NCBI GenBank assembly: GCA_965267575.1
Contig: OZ254086.1
Location: 2,400,001-2,464,000, forward strand
Direction of reading: 5' to 3'
Source: Calditrichales bacterium
GTDB lineage: Bacteria; Calditrichota; Calditrichia; Calditrichales; J004
Length of the DNA stretch: 64,000 bases
A model generated the notes under the pieces. The model saw only the letters and a list, made by a program, of their open reading frames with translations. It was not told the DNA's origin and searched no databases. The translations under genes and the position numbers were made by a program. Within the stretch, counting starts at the first letter, position 1, and each line of letters opens with the position of its first letter. Of this stretch, positions 28,247 through 36,853 are shown piece after piece.

Positions 28247-28671
28247 TTAACTCCCTAAAGCCATATTTTTCCATAAACAACGAGTATTCTTCGGCAAAGG
28301 AGCGGCGCCGGTGGTACTCCTGTTGGGTTTTGATATAGGCCCGCACTTTGTCCAGCTGCGATTCACTAACCGACACGGTGATATATTCTTCCTGCCACTC
28401 AAATTTCCCGGGCACCAGATTGTGTTTATTTATCCAGTGTGAAGATTCTCCCTTTATCAAAAATGCCACTTTGCTTATGGATTGTGATGTACCAAGTGAA
28501 ATGAGCGCGTGGCAGTGGTCATCGGTGCAATTAATGGTGTCCATGTAGATTTCTTTTTGTCGGGCGTTTTCGCGGATGTGCTTTAATAGCGCAGGCCGGA
28601 GTTTTTTGTGTATGGTTGTTGCGGTTTTTTGTGGCCCAGATAAGGTGGACCCAAATGCGGGTGTATGGCAT
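28242..28671 (-). pseudogene. tnpA: IS200/IS605-type Y1 (HUH) transposase with a frameshift near 28620
   Basis: ATG 28671 with SD AAGGAG gives MPYTRIWVHLIWATKNR, then the frame shifts to TIHKKLRPALL...DHCH...IKGESS...FEWQEEY...YIKTQ. Confidence 0.85.
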
Positions 28672-28688
28672 TTTGTGTCTCCTTTGTG

Positions 28689-28880
28689 TTGGGCTGAAGC
28701 CCTCAATAAATGGATTAGCGGTACCACGCGCTAAACCACGTGGCTATGTGCTATGTTTTATGTTGATACCTATTTGGCTATAGATTACATAAAATATTGC
28801 TGCGGCACAGGGTAGCAACTATTGCCACGACCTTCCAGGTCGTGGATTTGGCAGACAAGACAGCAAGGGCTTTAGCCCAA
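28689..28880. repeat. REPIN-like element, family 2, copy C
   Basis: TTGGGCTGAAGCCC..CCACGCGCTAAACCACGTGG..ATTGCCACGACCTTCCAGGTCGTGG..GGGCTTTAGCCCAA. Confidence 0.85.
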
Positions 28881-28883
28881 ACA

Positions 28884-29315
28884 CTAACCATTCACAATGT
28901 GTTGCTCATAAAATCCCCGGAAATCGCGCTTTATCTCATCGCGGACGCGGCGGAATACGGCCAGCACCTCTTCTTCACTCCCTTCCGCTTCGGCGGGATC
29001 ATCAAAACCGATATGCAGACGTTGGCGCACATTGCCCAGAAAAACGGGGCAGGTTTCCTTGGCGTGGTCGCAAACGGTAATTACATAATCAAAAGAGCGG
29101 TTTAAGAAATCATCAACGATTTTGGGGTAGCTTTCGGACATGTCGTAACCGGCTTCTTCCATCACCTTTATGGCCAGCGGATGGACGCGCGCAGCCGGGT
29201 GCGTACCGGCGGAATGAACACGCAGGTTTTCAGGGTCCATCGATTTTAAAATACGTTCGGCCATCTGGCTGCGGCAGGAATTGCCGGTACACAAAATCAG
29301 AATACGTTGCTGCAT
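28884..29315 (-). CDS. arsC: Arsenate reductase, thioredoxin-coupled LMW-PTP fold
   Basis: CTGNSCRSQMAE, VITVCDHAKETCP, FDDP. Confidence 0.9.
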   Translation of the reverse strand: MQQRILILCTGNSCRSQMAERILKSMDPENLRVHSAGTHPAARVHPLAIKVMEEAGYDMSESYPKIVDDFLNRSFDYVITVCDHAKETCPVFLGNVRQRLHIGFDDPAEAEGSEEEVLAVFRRVRDEIKRDFRGFYEQHIVNG

Positions 29316-29407
29316 TGGTTCGTTCCTTCGTATAGGATAATATTATTATCCGTAAATCTATAATTTGCGTATTTTAAAAGCCACTATTTACGATTGCGGA
29401 GTAGCCA

Positions 29408-30079
29408 GTGCAAAATCTTTCCGGCGATATCCTCAAGCCTTTCCCATTCCTGCAAAACGCGGATGAAGATATTCTCACCGCCCTGCGCCAAAACGCCACG
29501 CTGGTCAGACTGCCGGCAGAAGAATATATCTGCTGGGAGGGTGATCGCTGCAATCACCTGGCGCTGCTTTTGGAAGGTACCGTGCGCGTATACAAAGTCG
29601 GCGAAAACGGCCGCGAGATCACCCTTTACCGCCTGCACAGCGGCGAAAGCTGCGTACTTACCGCCAGTTGCATCCTGAGCGGCCGTGCTTTTCCCGCGCT
29701 GGCCGTTGTAGAAAAACCGGCCACGGCGCTGCTTGTGCCTGCGGGTCTTCTCAAAGAGTGGGTGAGCGCCTACCCGCCCTGGCGTGAATACGTTTTTTCG
29801 CTTATGACCGACCGTCTGGGACAGATCATCACAACGGTTGAAGAGGTGGCTTTCCGCAGGGTGGATATCCGCCTGGCCGAACTGTTGCTTAAAAGCGCCA
29901 ACGTAAGCGGCACCGTTAAACTTACCCACCAGGAAATCGCCCGGGACCTGGGCAGCGCGCGCGAAGTGATAAGCCGCATTCTGAAAGATTTTGAAAAGCA
30001 GGGTTGGATTGACCTTCAGCGTGGTGCAATCGTAATTGAAAACAAAGGGATGTTAAAAAAGAGAGCAACTACCGGTTAA
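29408..30079 (+). CDS. Crp/Fnr-family regulator
   Basis: GREITLY, GESC, LTHQEIARDLGSAREVISRIL HTH. Confidence 0.92.
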   Translation: MQNLSGDILKPFPFLQNADEDILTALRQNATLVRLPAEEYICWEGDRCNHLALLLEGTVRVYKVGENGREITLYRLHSGESCVLTASCILSGRAFPALAVVEKPATALLVPAGLLKEWVSAYPPWREYVFSLMTDRLGQIITTVEEVAFRRVDIRLAELLLKSANVSGTVKLTHQEIARDLGSAREVISRILKDFEKQGWIDLQRGAIVIENKGMLKKRATTG

Positions 30080-30093
30080 GTGACAAAGTTACA
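30079..30093. promoter_or_regulatory. Candidate Crp/Fnr-family site before the DUF2892 gene
   Basis: AGTGAC-AAA-GTTACA near-palindrome directly after the regulator gene. Confidence 0.5.
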
Positions 30094-30157
30094 TACAGCG
30101 TTTTAAAAAGTGCTTAATATTCTCCGCAGAAAACACAACCAATTAAGGGAGGATGTT

Positions 30158-30349
30158 ATGAAGCGTAATGTTGGAAAAGCCGATCGCAGTCTGCGCGTGA
30201 TACTTGGTCTGCTGATAATCGCGGCCGGGTTCTATTTTCAGAGTTGGTGGGGCGTGATAGGAGTTATACCGCTGGGCACGGCGCTGTTAGGATGGTGCCC
30301 CGTTTACCTGCCTTTTGGCATCAGCACCTGCAAAACGCGGACACAGTAG
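30158..30349 (+). CDS. DUF2892 (YgaP-like) membrane protein
   Basis: MKRNVGKADRSLR...WCPVYLPFGISTC; SD GGAGG. Confidence 0.88.
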   Translation: MKRNVGKADRSLRVILGLLIIAAGFYFQSWWGVIGVIPLGTALLGWCPVYLPFGISTCKTRTQ

Positions 30350-30362
30350 AGGCAAAATACTT

Positions 30363-30395
30363 AAGGGCGGAGGTGGCGACATTTCCGCCTTTTTT
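30363..30395 (+). terminator. Intrinsic terminator
   Basis: GGCGGAGGTG / CATTTCCGCC stem plus T run. Confidence 0.75.
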
Positions 30396-30457
30396 GCTTG
30401 CATTAAAACACCTGCGTAACGAATTTTAGCTTAGATTTATAAGACGTGGTGTTTAAG

Positions 30458-31354
30458 ATGCGCTTTTTTGTTTTACTGATCGTACCCCTGCTGCTGGCGC
30501 GTTGTGCGGTTGTAACCGTTCACACGCAGCAGGCGCAATTCCAGAGCGCGACCCACCAGCCAGCCATTCACATCACCCCGAAAGACACCAGCGGTGCCCT
30601 GATACTGCGGCCGCATATTTCCGTAAAAACAAAAACCGATATCCGGCTCACCAGCGAAAACCATACAAGTGTAAACAGCTATGGCGAGTTCGAAGTGGAA
30701 GCCGTAGCGGGGGAAACCTATTACCACGAAGTAAAAGACGCCAACCGCTATGAGTTTAAGGGTAAAGACGTCCAGTTGCTTACGGCGACCACCCAGATTG
30801 GCATGGAACTGGAGATGCGTTCCGAAAGCGGCGCCATATTCGGATCCGTCCAGCACACAACGGGCGGTTTGCGTGCCTGGAGCGCGCAGGCGGGATTGGG
30901 CTACATGGTGCGCTTTACATCCTGGGCCTGGCGAACAGACCTGGCCTGCCAATGGCAGCGTTCTTTTTATGATGTCGAATATCTCACGCGTACGGAGTTC
31001 TCCTCAAGGGATAATATTAAGGTAAGTTTTTTCCGGCAGGAAGGTCAGCAAACCCAGTTGGACCTCGCGCTTAGTTTTACCTTTAACAGTATTCGTGAAG
31101 ATTGGCCGATAAATGTTTTCGGTAGCATAAATCTCGGAAACCACACACTCGTGACGCTACCCGATAAATCTTCTGTTGAAGAGATGGCGGATTATGAATA
31201 CGGCGAAGGCCTGAGCCAGGGAGCCTTCGGCGTTTACGGTACACTTTTGCCGCGCTCGCGCGTTTTAGCCGGTCTGCGCTATAATCACTTTGATGATAAA
31301 TTCAACGGCTCCGGTTTTTGGGATTTGATTATCCAGTGGGATATGGAGTTATAA
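30458..31354 (+). CDS. Hypothetical exported protein, probable outer-membrane beta-barrel
   Basis: Signal/lipobox-like N-terminus; amphipathic strands; ends WDLIIQWDMEL. Confidence 0.65.
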   Translation: MRFFVLLIVPLLLARCAVVTVHTQQAQFQSATHQPAIHITPKDTSGALILRPHISVKTKTDIRLTSENHTSVNSYGEFEVEAVAGETYYHEVKDANRYEFKGKDVQLLTATTQIGMELEMRSESGAIFGSVQHTTGGLRAWSAQAGLGYMVRFTSWAWRTDLACQWQRSFYDVEYLTRTEFSSRDNIKVSFFRQEGQQTQLDLALSFTFNSIREDWPINVFGSINLGNHTLVTLPDKSSVEEMADYEYGEGLSQGAFGVYGTLLPRSRVLAGLRYNHFDDKFNGSGFWDLIIQWDMEL

Positions 31355-31443
31355 AATCGGTCGCGGTATCTTGATTAAAACAGAATATTTCCTTTAATTT
31401 CTGCCTTCATAAATCAGTCAATCATATTCTTTAAAGGCGATCC

Positions 31444-31797
31444 ATGAGCAAATTTACCAAAGTGGCCATTCCGATCTCAATTGTGTTTGTCGCTTATATT
31501 TTTTACATCTTTCAGCCAACCACCGAAGTGGGTGACTTTGAAAAAATACGCGCGGGCGGCGAGATTAATCAAAACATTAATGTTTATGTGGAAGCGGAGC
31601 GCGGTTTCCAGCGTAATGCTGCCAGCCAGATTGTGACATTCTTTGCCCGCGATAAACATGGTTCCGTGGCCCGTGTCAGCCCCAGAGAGCCGGTTGCTTC
31701 GGAAATCGCCAATGCCAGGGTTGTGGAACTGTTTGGCCATATGCACGGCGATAACTTTATCGCTCTGCGTGTGGAGGTTGTCGAAAGCGCAAACTAA
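31444..31797 (+). CDS. Membrane-anchored small protein, possibly CcmE-like OB fold
   Basis: N-terminal TM; FFARDKHG...VVELFGHMHGDNFIA resembles CcmE strands; no heme-attachment motif. Confidence 0.55.
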   Translation: MSKFTKVAIPISIVFVAYIFYIFQPTTEVGDFEKIRAGGEINQNINVYVEAERGFQRNAASQIVTFFARDKHGSVARVSPREPVASEIANARVVELFGHMHGDNFIALRVEVVESAN

Positions 31798-31800
31798 AGC

Positions 31801-32646
31801 CTAAAGCTTCAATCCCTTGTACCAGATATTCATGCTTTCAATCTGTCCGGATATCTGCGTGTTGTTAATCAGCGTGCCGCCGAAAAGGTATCCGGCTTTG
31901 GAAAAGGTCACGTTCATGCCCGCGGAAAGCGCCCGGGCGATTGTATAAACGGTGTGGTAGCCCTCTTTGCGCATAAGCGCTTCCATCTCTTTCAGCAGCA
32001 TAAGGGAAAGATTGTTGCCCCGGAACTCCGGCAGCGTGGCAAAGTCGGTCATTTCGGCATTAAGGCCTGCCCGGTCGGTTTCCGCGGATGAAGCTGCCAC
32101 CAGCCTGTCTTCTGAAAAAGCTCCGAAATAAATGACATTTTCACGCATGGTCTTTTTAAGGTACTCTTCGTCGTGGATCGGGAAGGGGTAGGTTTTAAAG
32201 ACGGTTTTGTACAATTCAGCCAGCCGTTTTACGTCCTTTTCCTCCAATACGCGCAGAGTAAGACCTTCGGGGAAGGTAAGCAGCGTCATGCCCTCTTTTT
32301 TCCCGGCGGCAATCTGCAGGTTCTTATCGATGCGGCTGCGGGCTTCCAGAGAGAGCGCCGACCTGGCGTGGTCAACGAAGCGCGACATGAAAACAACTTC
32401 CTTTTTGCCCCCGTAAAATTGCGGTATGCGCGCCTCGCGGATATAGCCGTTTTTTTCAAAGGCATCCGTTTTATCTGCCGGCACCTTGGAGCAAATCTTG
32501 GTGTAATGTTCTTTTGCCGCCAGCTTCTCCAAAGCTTCCAATATGGTTGGATAGTCCTCTTTCGCCAGCTTCATCAAATAAATACGATCGTTAAAAGGAC
32601 CATGCTGTATCAGGGAATGGTCCAGTTTTTCTACAGTATCAAACAT
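31801..32646 (-). CDS. ablB: Putative beta-lysine N-acetyltransferase (GNAT)
   Basis: QHGPFNDRIYLMKL, YPFPIHD, NAEMTDFATLPEFRG, TIARALSAGMN, GTLINNTQISG..ESMNIWYK. Confidence 0.9.
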   Translation of the reverse strand: MFDTVEKLDHSLIQHGPFNDRIYLMKLAKEDYPTILEALEKLAAKEHYTKICSKVPADKTDAFEKNGYIREARIPQFYGGKKEVVFMSRFVDHARSALSLEARSRIDKNLQIAAGKKEGMTLLTFPEGLTLRVLEEKDVKRLAELYKTVFKTYPFPIHDEEYLKKTMRENVIYFGAFSEDRLVAASSAETDRAGLNAEMTDFATLPEFRGNNLSLMLLKEMEALMRKEGYHTVYTIARALSAGMNVTFSKAGYLFGGTLINNTQISGQIESMNIWYKGLKL

Positions 32647-34054
32647 AACTCTTTTTGGTTTTTAGGTTATAAACGATTGCATAAAGCAGGGTTGAAAATA
32701 GTATTCCCGGTATGCTGGGATCGAGCCCCCAGAAGATTTCCGTTTTAAAGGCGATCAGAAAAATCGTCAGACCGCCACCACCCAGCATGCTGATCAGCGC
32801 CGCGTTGCTGTCCGGTTTTTTGAGGAAGTAGGCCGCGATGGTTGGTGCCAGCAGGCCCGATACCATAAAAGCGTAGGCATGCAGGATGATTTCGAGAACC
32901 GTTTGAAAAGCGCCGGCTATGATTAGCGCCAGCGCGCCTACCGTGAGCGTTACCCATTGTGAAAGGCGCATGCCAAAAGCTTCCGACCGTTTTTTCTTCA
33001 TGCCGGCTTCAATCAGGTCACTTACAAAATTGCCGGATGAAGCGATCAGGCAGCTGTCCGCCGTGGACATGATGGCCGAGAAGTAGGAGGCCAGCACAAA
33101 GCCGGCAATGCCGATCGGCAGCACTTCCTTCAATAGCCGGGGCAGCGCCATTTCAGGGTCCGCCTCGGGAAAAACCACGCGACCCAGCATGCCCAGCGTA
33201 ACGCCGATAAAGGCCATGATCGGGTATTCGAAAACACCGGCGATGAAGAATGCTTTTTTAGCTTCTTTTTCATTGCGGCAGGCGTAAATGCGCTGGTACA
33301 GTGTCATGGCAATAAACCAGATCGGCAGGATCGTGCCCATCCAGTTGATGAATTGTATCGGCTCAATATTGGTCAGCGTCAGAAAGCCTTGCGGCAGCCC
33401 TTTGTCGATTGCCTCCCAACCGCCGATATAGGTATAGGCAAAAGGCAATCCCAGAAAAAACAATCCGCCCAGAAGTATGATCCACTGGATGGTATCGGTG
33501 TAGATAACCGCCTTGATGCCGCCGAGAACCGTGTAAATGATAATAATGGCGGTCATGATATAGAGGGAGAAATCCAGCGGTGTCATAAAATCGATATTTA
33601 TGAATAGTGACCCCGCAGCCAGTTTGGCCCCGGCGAGGATTTGCGCGCTGGTAAAGCCCATGTAACCGATGCCCGAGATCAGCGCGGCGATGGCCGCCAC
33701 CCGCCGGTTATAAGCGTGCTTCAGAAAATCGGGGTAGGTCAGCATGCCGTGTTTGGCATCGAGCGTTTTTATTTTGGGGATGATCAGAACGGCCGCCAGC
33801 CAGGCGCCGACAAGCCCGGCAAACAACAGCCAGCTACCGGAAAGGCCCATCACAAATCCTAGGCCGCCCAAACCAATAGAAAATCCGCCGCCCACATCAG
33901 TGGCAACGACAGATAATCCTACATGGCCGGCAGAAACGTTGCGCCCGCCGACATAGTAATCTTCCTTGTTTACGTTTTTAAGGTAGAAGTATATGCCAAT
34001 GGACAGAACGCCGCCAAAATAGATGGCAAATATCAGATAGTCGATCCAGTGCAT
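32639..34054 (-). CDS. Sodium:solute symporter (SSS, PutP-like)
   Basis: About 13 TM; YYVGGR, YTVLGGIKAVIYTD, SAIMSTADS. Confidence 0.92.
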   Translation of the reverse strand: MHWIDYLIFAIYFGGVLSIGIYFYLKNVNKEDYYVGGRNVSAGHVGLSVVATDVGGGFSIGLGGLGFVMGLSGSWLLFAGLVGAWLAAVLIIPKIKTLDAKHGMLTYPDFLKHAYNRRVAAIAALISGIGYMGFTSAQILAGAKLAAGSLFINIDFMTPLDFSLYIMTAIIIIYTVLGGIKAVIYTDTIQWIILLGGLFFLGLPFAYTYIGGWEAIDKGLPQGFLTLTNIEPIQFINWMGTILPIWFIAMTLYQRIYACRNEKEAKKAFFIAGVFEYPIMAFIGVTLGMLGRVVFPEADPEMALPRLLKEVLPIGIAGFVLASYFSAIMSTADSCLIASSGNFVSDLIEAGMKKKRSEAFGMRLSQWVTLTVGALALIIAGAFQTVLEIILHAYAFMVSGLLAPTIAAYFLKKPDSNAALISMLGGGGLTIFLIAFKTEIFWGLDPSIPGILFSTLLYAIVYNLKTKKSYV

Positions 34055-34057
34055 AAA

Positions 34058-35536
34058 TTACAGCGCCGGCTTCAGATCGGCGTAGCCCGATTTTTGGATA
34101 GCGCTATTGATCAACTCCTGATGATTGTCTTTATTTGTCCAGAGCTTGCGGCCCTCTTCGCTCAGCAGATCCATGGGATCGAAGTAGAGGTAGAGCTTTT
34201 CCGCGTCAACACTGGGGCTGCGGTAGATACTGATGCCGGTCAGCTCATCGTAGTAATCGTAGCTGTGTACGTCGCGTTTTCCGCCTCCGCCAGGCGCGTC
34301 CGTTACAAACAGCGGTGTGTTAAAACCGGCCGTCGTACCACGCACGTGACGCTCCAGTTCAACTGTGTCGCCAACGCGCGTACGCAGCTCTTCCACGCCC
34401 TGCACCATATCATGCTGATAGACATAGTACGGTTGAACATTCATGTAAGAAAGCTTGCGCACCAGGTGGATCATCTGGTCCGGTGTGTCATTTACGCCGC
34501 GAATGAGAACGCTTTGGTTACGCACCGTTACACCGTTGCGGAACAGGTGTTCCATAGCTTCCCGCGTAATCTCGGTTATTTCGTTGGCGCTGTTGAAGTG
34601 TGTATGAAGGACCACTTCTTTGCCCATGTCGCGCCCCATGGCCACAGTGTCAATCAGTGCCTGGCTCCACTCTTTGTCGGAAAGCACTTTCATCGGCATA
34701 ACAGCGGGGCCTTTGGAGGCGTAGCGGATACGGCGTACATGCGGAATCGACAGCAGCATTTCGCCTATCTGACGAATGCGATCCGGCGCCAGCATGTATG
34801 AATCACCGCCTGAAATAACGATATCCTCGATCTCCGGCCGCGAAGCGATATAAGCGAAGGCTTTGTGCCATTTCTTTGGCACCGGCTTAAAACTTACTTT
34901 GGAAACCGATTCCGTGTCACTACCGATGGCGTAGCTGCGCGTGCAGAAGCGGCAGTAAACCGGACAGACATCCAGCGGCAGGAACAGCGCTTTATCAAAA
35001 TAGCGGTGAACCAGGCCGGGTACAGGTGAGTCGTCCTGTTCGCTAAGCGAATCCAGCGTAAGAAACGGATGGTCTTCCTTGCGGGTGGATGAAACCGGGA
35101 TAAACTGGCGTCGCAACGGGTCTTCGTAAGGATTGTCCCAGTCGATGAGACTGAGAATGTAGGGCGACAGGCGGATATTCATCGGCGCTTCGGCCATGCC
35201 TTTATGCACATCCTTCATAAATTCAGGATCCACAAGACCTTCCAGCAATTCGTCGAGCTGCGCCACCTTGGTTATCGAATTTTTGTTCTGGAATTTTACA
35301 TCCATAAACTCCGCACGACCCACGGTGTTGAAGGCCGGTATTTTGTGCCAGAACAGGCCGTCATCAAACGTACGATGGCGAATGTCGCGAGACTTTACCA
35401 TATCTTTTTTGTGTTCGGGGATTTCGACGTCGTTGAGAGGCTCCCAATGATCCGTGTCTGTCCTGATTTTCTCAGGCAGTTCGGAAACAAGCGATGCCTT
35501 TTCAATTTCCTGGAAATCTTCCTTTGAATAACTCAT
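34058..35536 (-). CDS. KamA-family radical SAM/PLP aminomutase (lysine 2,3-aminomutase-like, occupying the AblA position)
   Basis: PGLVHRY, CPVYCRFCTR, SGGD, NQSVL, PYYVYQHD, DAPGGGGK (PLP Lys). Confidence 0.9.
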   Translation of the reverse strand: MSYSKEDFQEIEKASLVSELPEKIRTDTDHWEPLNDVEIPEHKKDMVKSRDIRHRTFDDGLFWHKIPAFNTVGRAEFMDVKFQNKNSITKVAQLDELLEGLVDPEFMKDVHKGMAEAPMNIRLSPYILSLIDWDNPYEDPLRRQFIPVSSTRKEDHPFLTLDSLSEQDDSPVPGLVHRYFDKALFLPLDVCPVYCRFCTRSYAIGSDTESVSKVSFKPVPKKWHKAFAYIASRPEIEDIVISGGDSYMLAPDRIRQIGEMLLSIPHVRRIRYASKGPAVMPMKVLSDKEWSQALIDTVAMGRDMGKEVVLHTHFNSANEITEITREAMEHLFRNGVTVRNQSVLIRGVNDTPDQMIHLVRKLSYMNVQPYYVYQHDMVQGVEELRTRVGDTVELERHVRGTTAGFNTPLFVTDAPGGGGKRDVHSYDYYDELTGISIYRSPSVDAEKLYLYFDPMDLLSEEGRKLWTNKDNHQELINSAIQKSGYADLKPAL

Positions 35537-35640
35537 AATAAACTCCTTTTAGGATTCCTTTTTCTTTGTGTGTTTAAACAAATAACGCGCAACAACCTGC
35601 GTAATTCTTAGTATACAGTCTACTTAAATAACGTTTGGTT

Positions 35641-35715
35641 TTAAACTATTTGGAGGTTGTCCGGGGGTGGGGGGATATCAATAAAAAAATTCCGCTTTGG
35701 TTGCCAACGTTTCAT
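35641..35715 (-). CDS. Putative leader peptide MKRWQPKRNFFIDIPPPPDNLQIV (24 aa, polyproline)
   Basis: ATG 35715 to TAA 35641, codons CCC CCA CCC CCG, between the promoter and the aminomutase; translation not proven. Confidence 0.55.
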   Translation of the reverse strand: MKRWQPKRNFFIDIPPPPDNLQIV

Positions 35716-35725
35716 AAACGCTGCT

Positions 35726-35754
35726 AATATATATCTTTAGGAGCGGTCGATCAA
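35726..35754 (-). promoter_or_regulatory. Sigma-70-type promoter of the aminomutase operon
   Basis: TTGATC-17-TATATT; same -10 and spacing as the promoters at 10331 and 21881. Confidence 0.6.
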
Positions 35755-35830
35755 ATGAATTTTAACATATATAACGGTAATAGAAAGGCTTTACTCGTGT
35801 ATTGTTACGAATATCACATAAAACAGGGTT

Positions 35831-36295
35831 TTAGCGGTTAAAATACCAGGTCCAGCCTGCCTCGAAATCAGCCAATATTCCATCAAAATCACCGTTTACA
35901 TCTTTACTATAATGGATATTCAGGTAAATGCTTACATCATCTGTGCTAAAATAATTGTATCCCACCCCCGCGCTGATAAACAAATGCTGTGGTTTGTCCA
36001 CGTAATAAAACTGCGTTTTTATCTGCCAGGCGTGCTTTACCGGATTGTTTAAAAGATAACCTGCTGTCAACCCGGCGCTTGTGTTGTTTTCAAATAGGTT
36101 CAGCGCTCCGTATTTGGCAACAAAAAGTCCGGCACTCAAATCCTGAGTCAGGAAAGCCTGCCCGTTCACCTGTAGGCCTTTAAAATAACTAAAGCCGCTT
36201 CCGGCGCTGAAAGCTTTATTGCTCTCCCGGGCCGGCGCTTGCAAAACCGCGGTTAAAAGAACCATAAAGCCAATCAGCGCCATTCTGCTTTTCAT
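35831..36295 (-). CDS. Small exported beta-barrel-like protein
   Basis: Signal peptide; amphipathic strands; ends FEAGWTWYF. Confidence 0.65.
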   Translation of the reverse strand: MKSRMALIGFMVLLTAVLQAPARESNKAFSAGSGFSYFKGLQVNGQAFLTQDLSAGLFVAKYGALNLFENNTSAGLTAGYLLNNPVKHAWQIKTQFYYVDKPQHLFISAGVGYNYFSTDDVSIYLNIHYSKDVNGDFDGILADFEAGWTWYFNR

Positions 36296-36315
36296 ATGCT
36301 ACGCTCGCGGGGTTT

Positions 36316-36654
36316 TTAGATGAGTCTTGCGCCGTCGGTCACTTTTCCGTCAGGCACGGCCAGAACAATATGGCCGTCCTCAGCGGCAAACCCCGTTACC
36401 AGGCATTCGGACATGAAGCTGCCGATCTGTTTGGGCGGAAAGTTAACCACGGCAATGACCTGTTTGCCCTCAAGGCTTTCCTTGCTGTATAGCCCGGTTA
36501 TCTGTGCGCTGGACTTTTTTATCCCGATATCCCCGCCGAAGTCTATCAGCAGTTTGTAGGCAGGCTTTCGTGCTTCAGGGAAATCCTGCACCTCTTTTAT
36601 GGTACCAACACGCAGTTCTACTTTTTCAAAATCGGACCATTTGACTCGCGGCAT
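36316..36654 (-). CDS. csaA: tRNA-binding protein / secretion chaperone CsaA
   Basis: [35 protein letters not shown]. Confidence 0.92.
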   Translation of the reverse strand: MPRVKWSDFEKVELRVGTIKEVQDFPEARKPAYKLLIDFGGDIGIKKSSAQITGLYSKESLEGKQVIAVVNFPPKQIGSFMSECLVTGFAAEDGHIVLAVPDGKVTDGARLI

Positions 36655-36853
36655 AGATTCTTTCCATAACGTTTAATTTATGGTCAATTTAACCTGTGAA
36701 ATTTTCTAATCAAAAACCATATCTATTTACTGATTTGTCCGCCGTCACATTGGGCCGCAGCATACTTACCAGCGGCGTACACTTTTCTTAATAGCGCCAC
36801 GCCCTAAGCCGATTACTTCAAACAGGAAAAGAATATCTAATGGAGTAGATTTT

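Noticed and set aside
28672..28727. ORF-track N-terminus MVPLIHLLRASAQH of the transposase
   Set aside because: Reads through a REP hairpin; the SD-led start at 28671 in another frame gives the family-typical N-terminus.
34058..35536. Calling the aminomutase epmB
   Set aside because: Much longer than EpmB, no efp or epmA adjacent, and in an operon with ablB.
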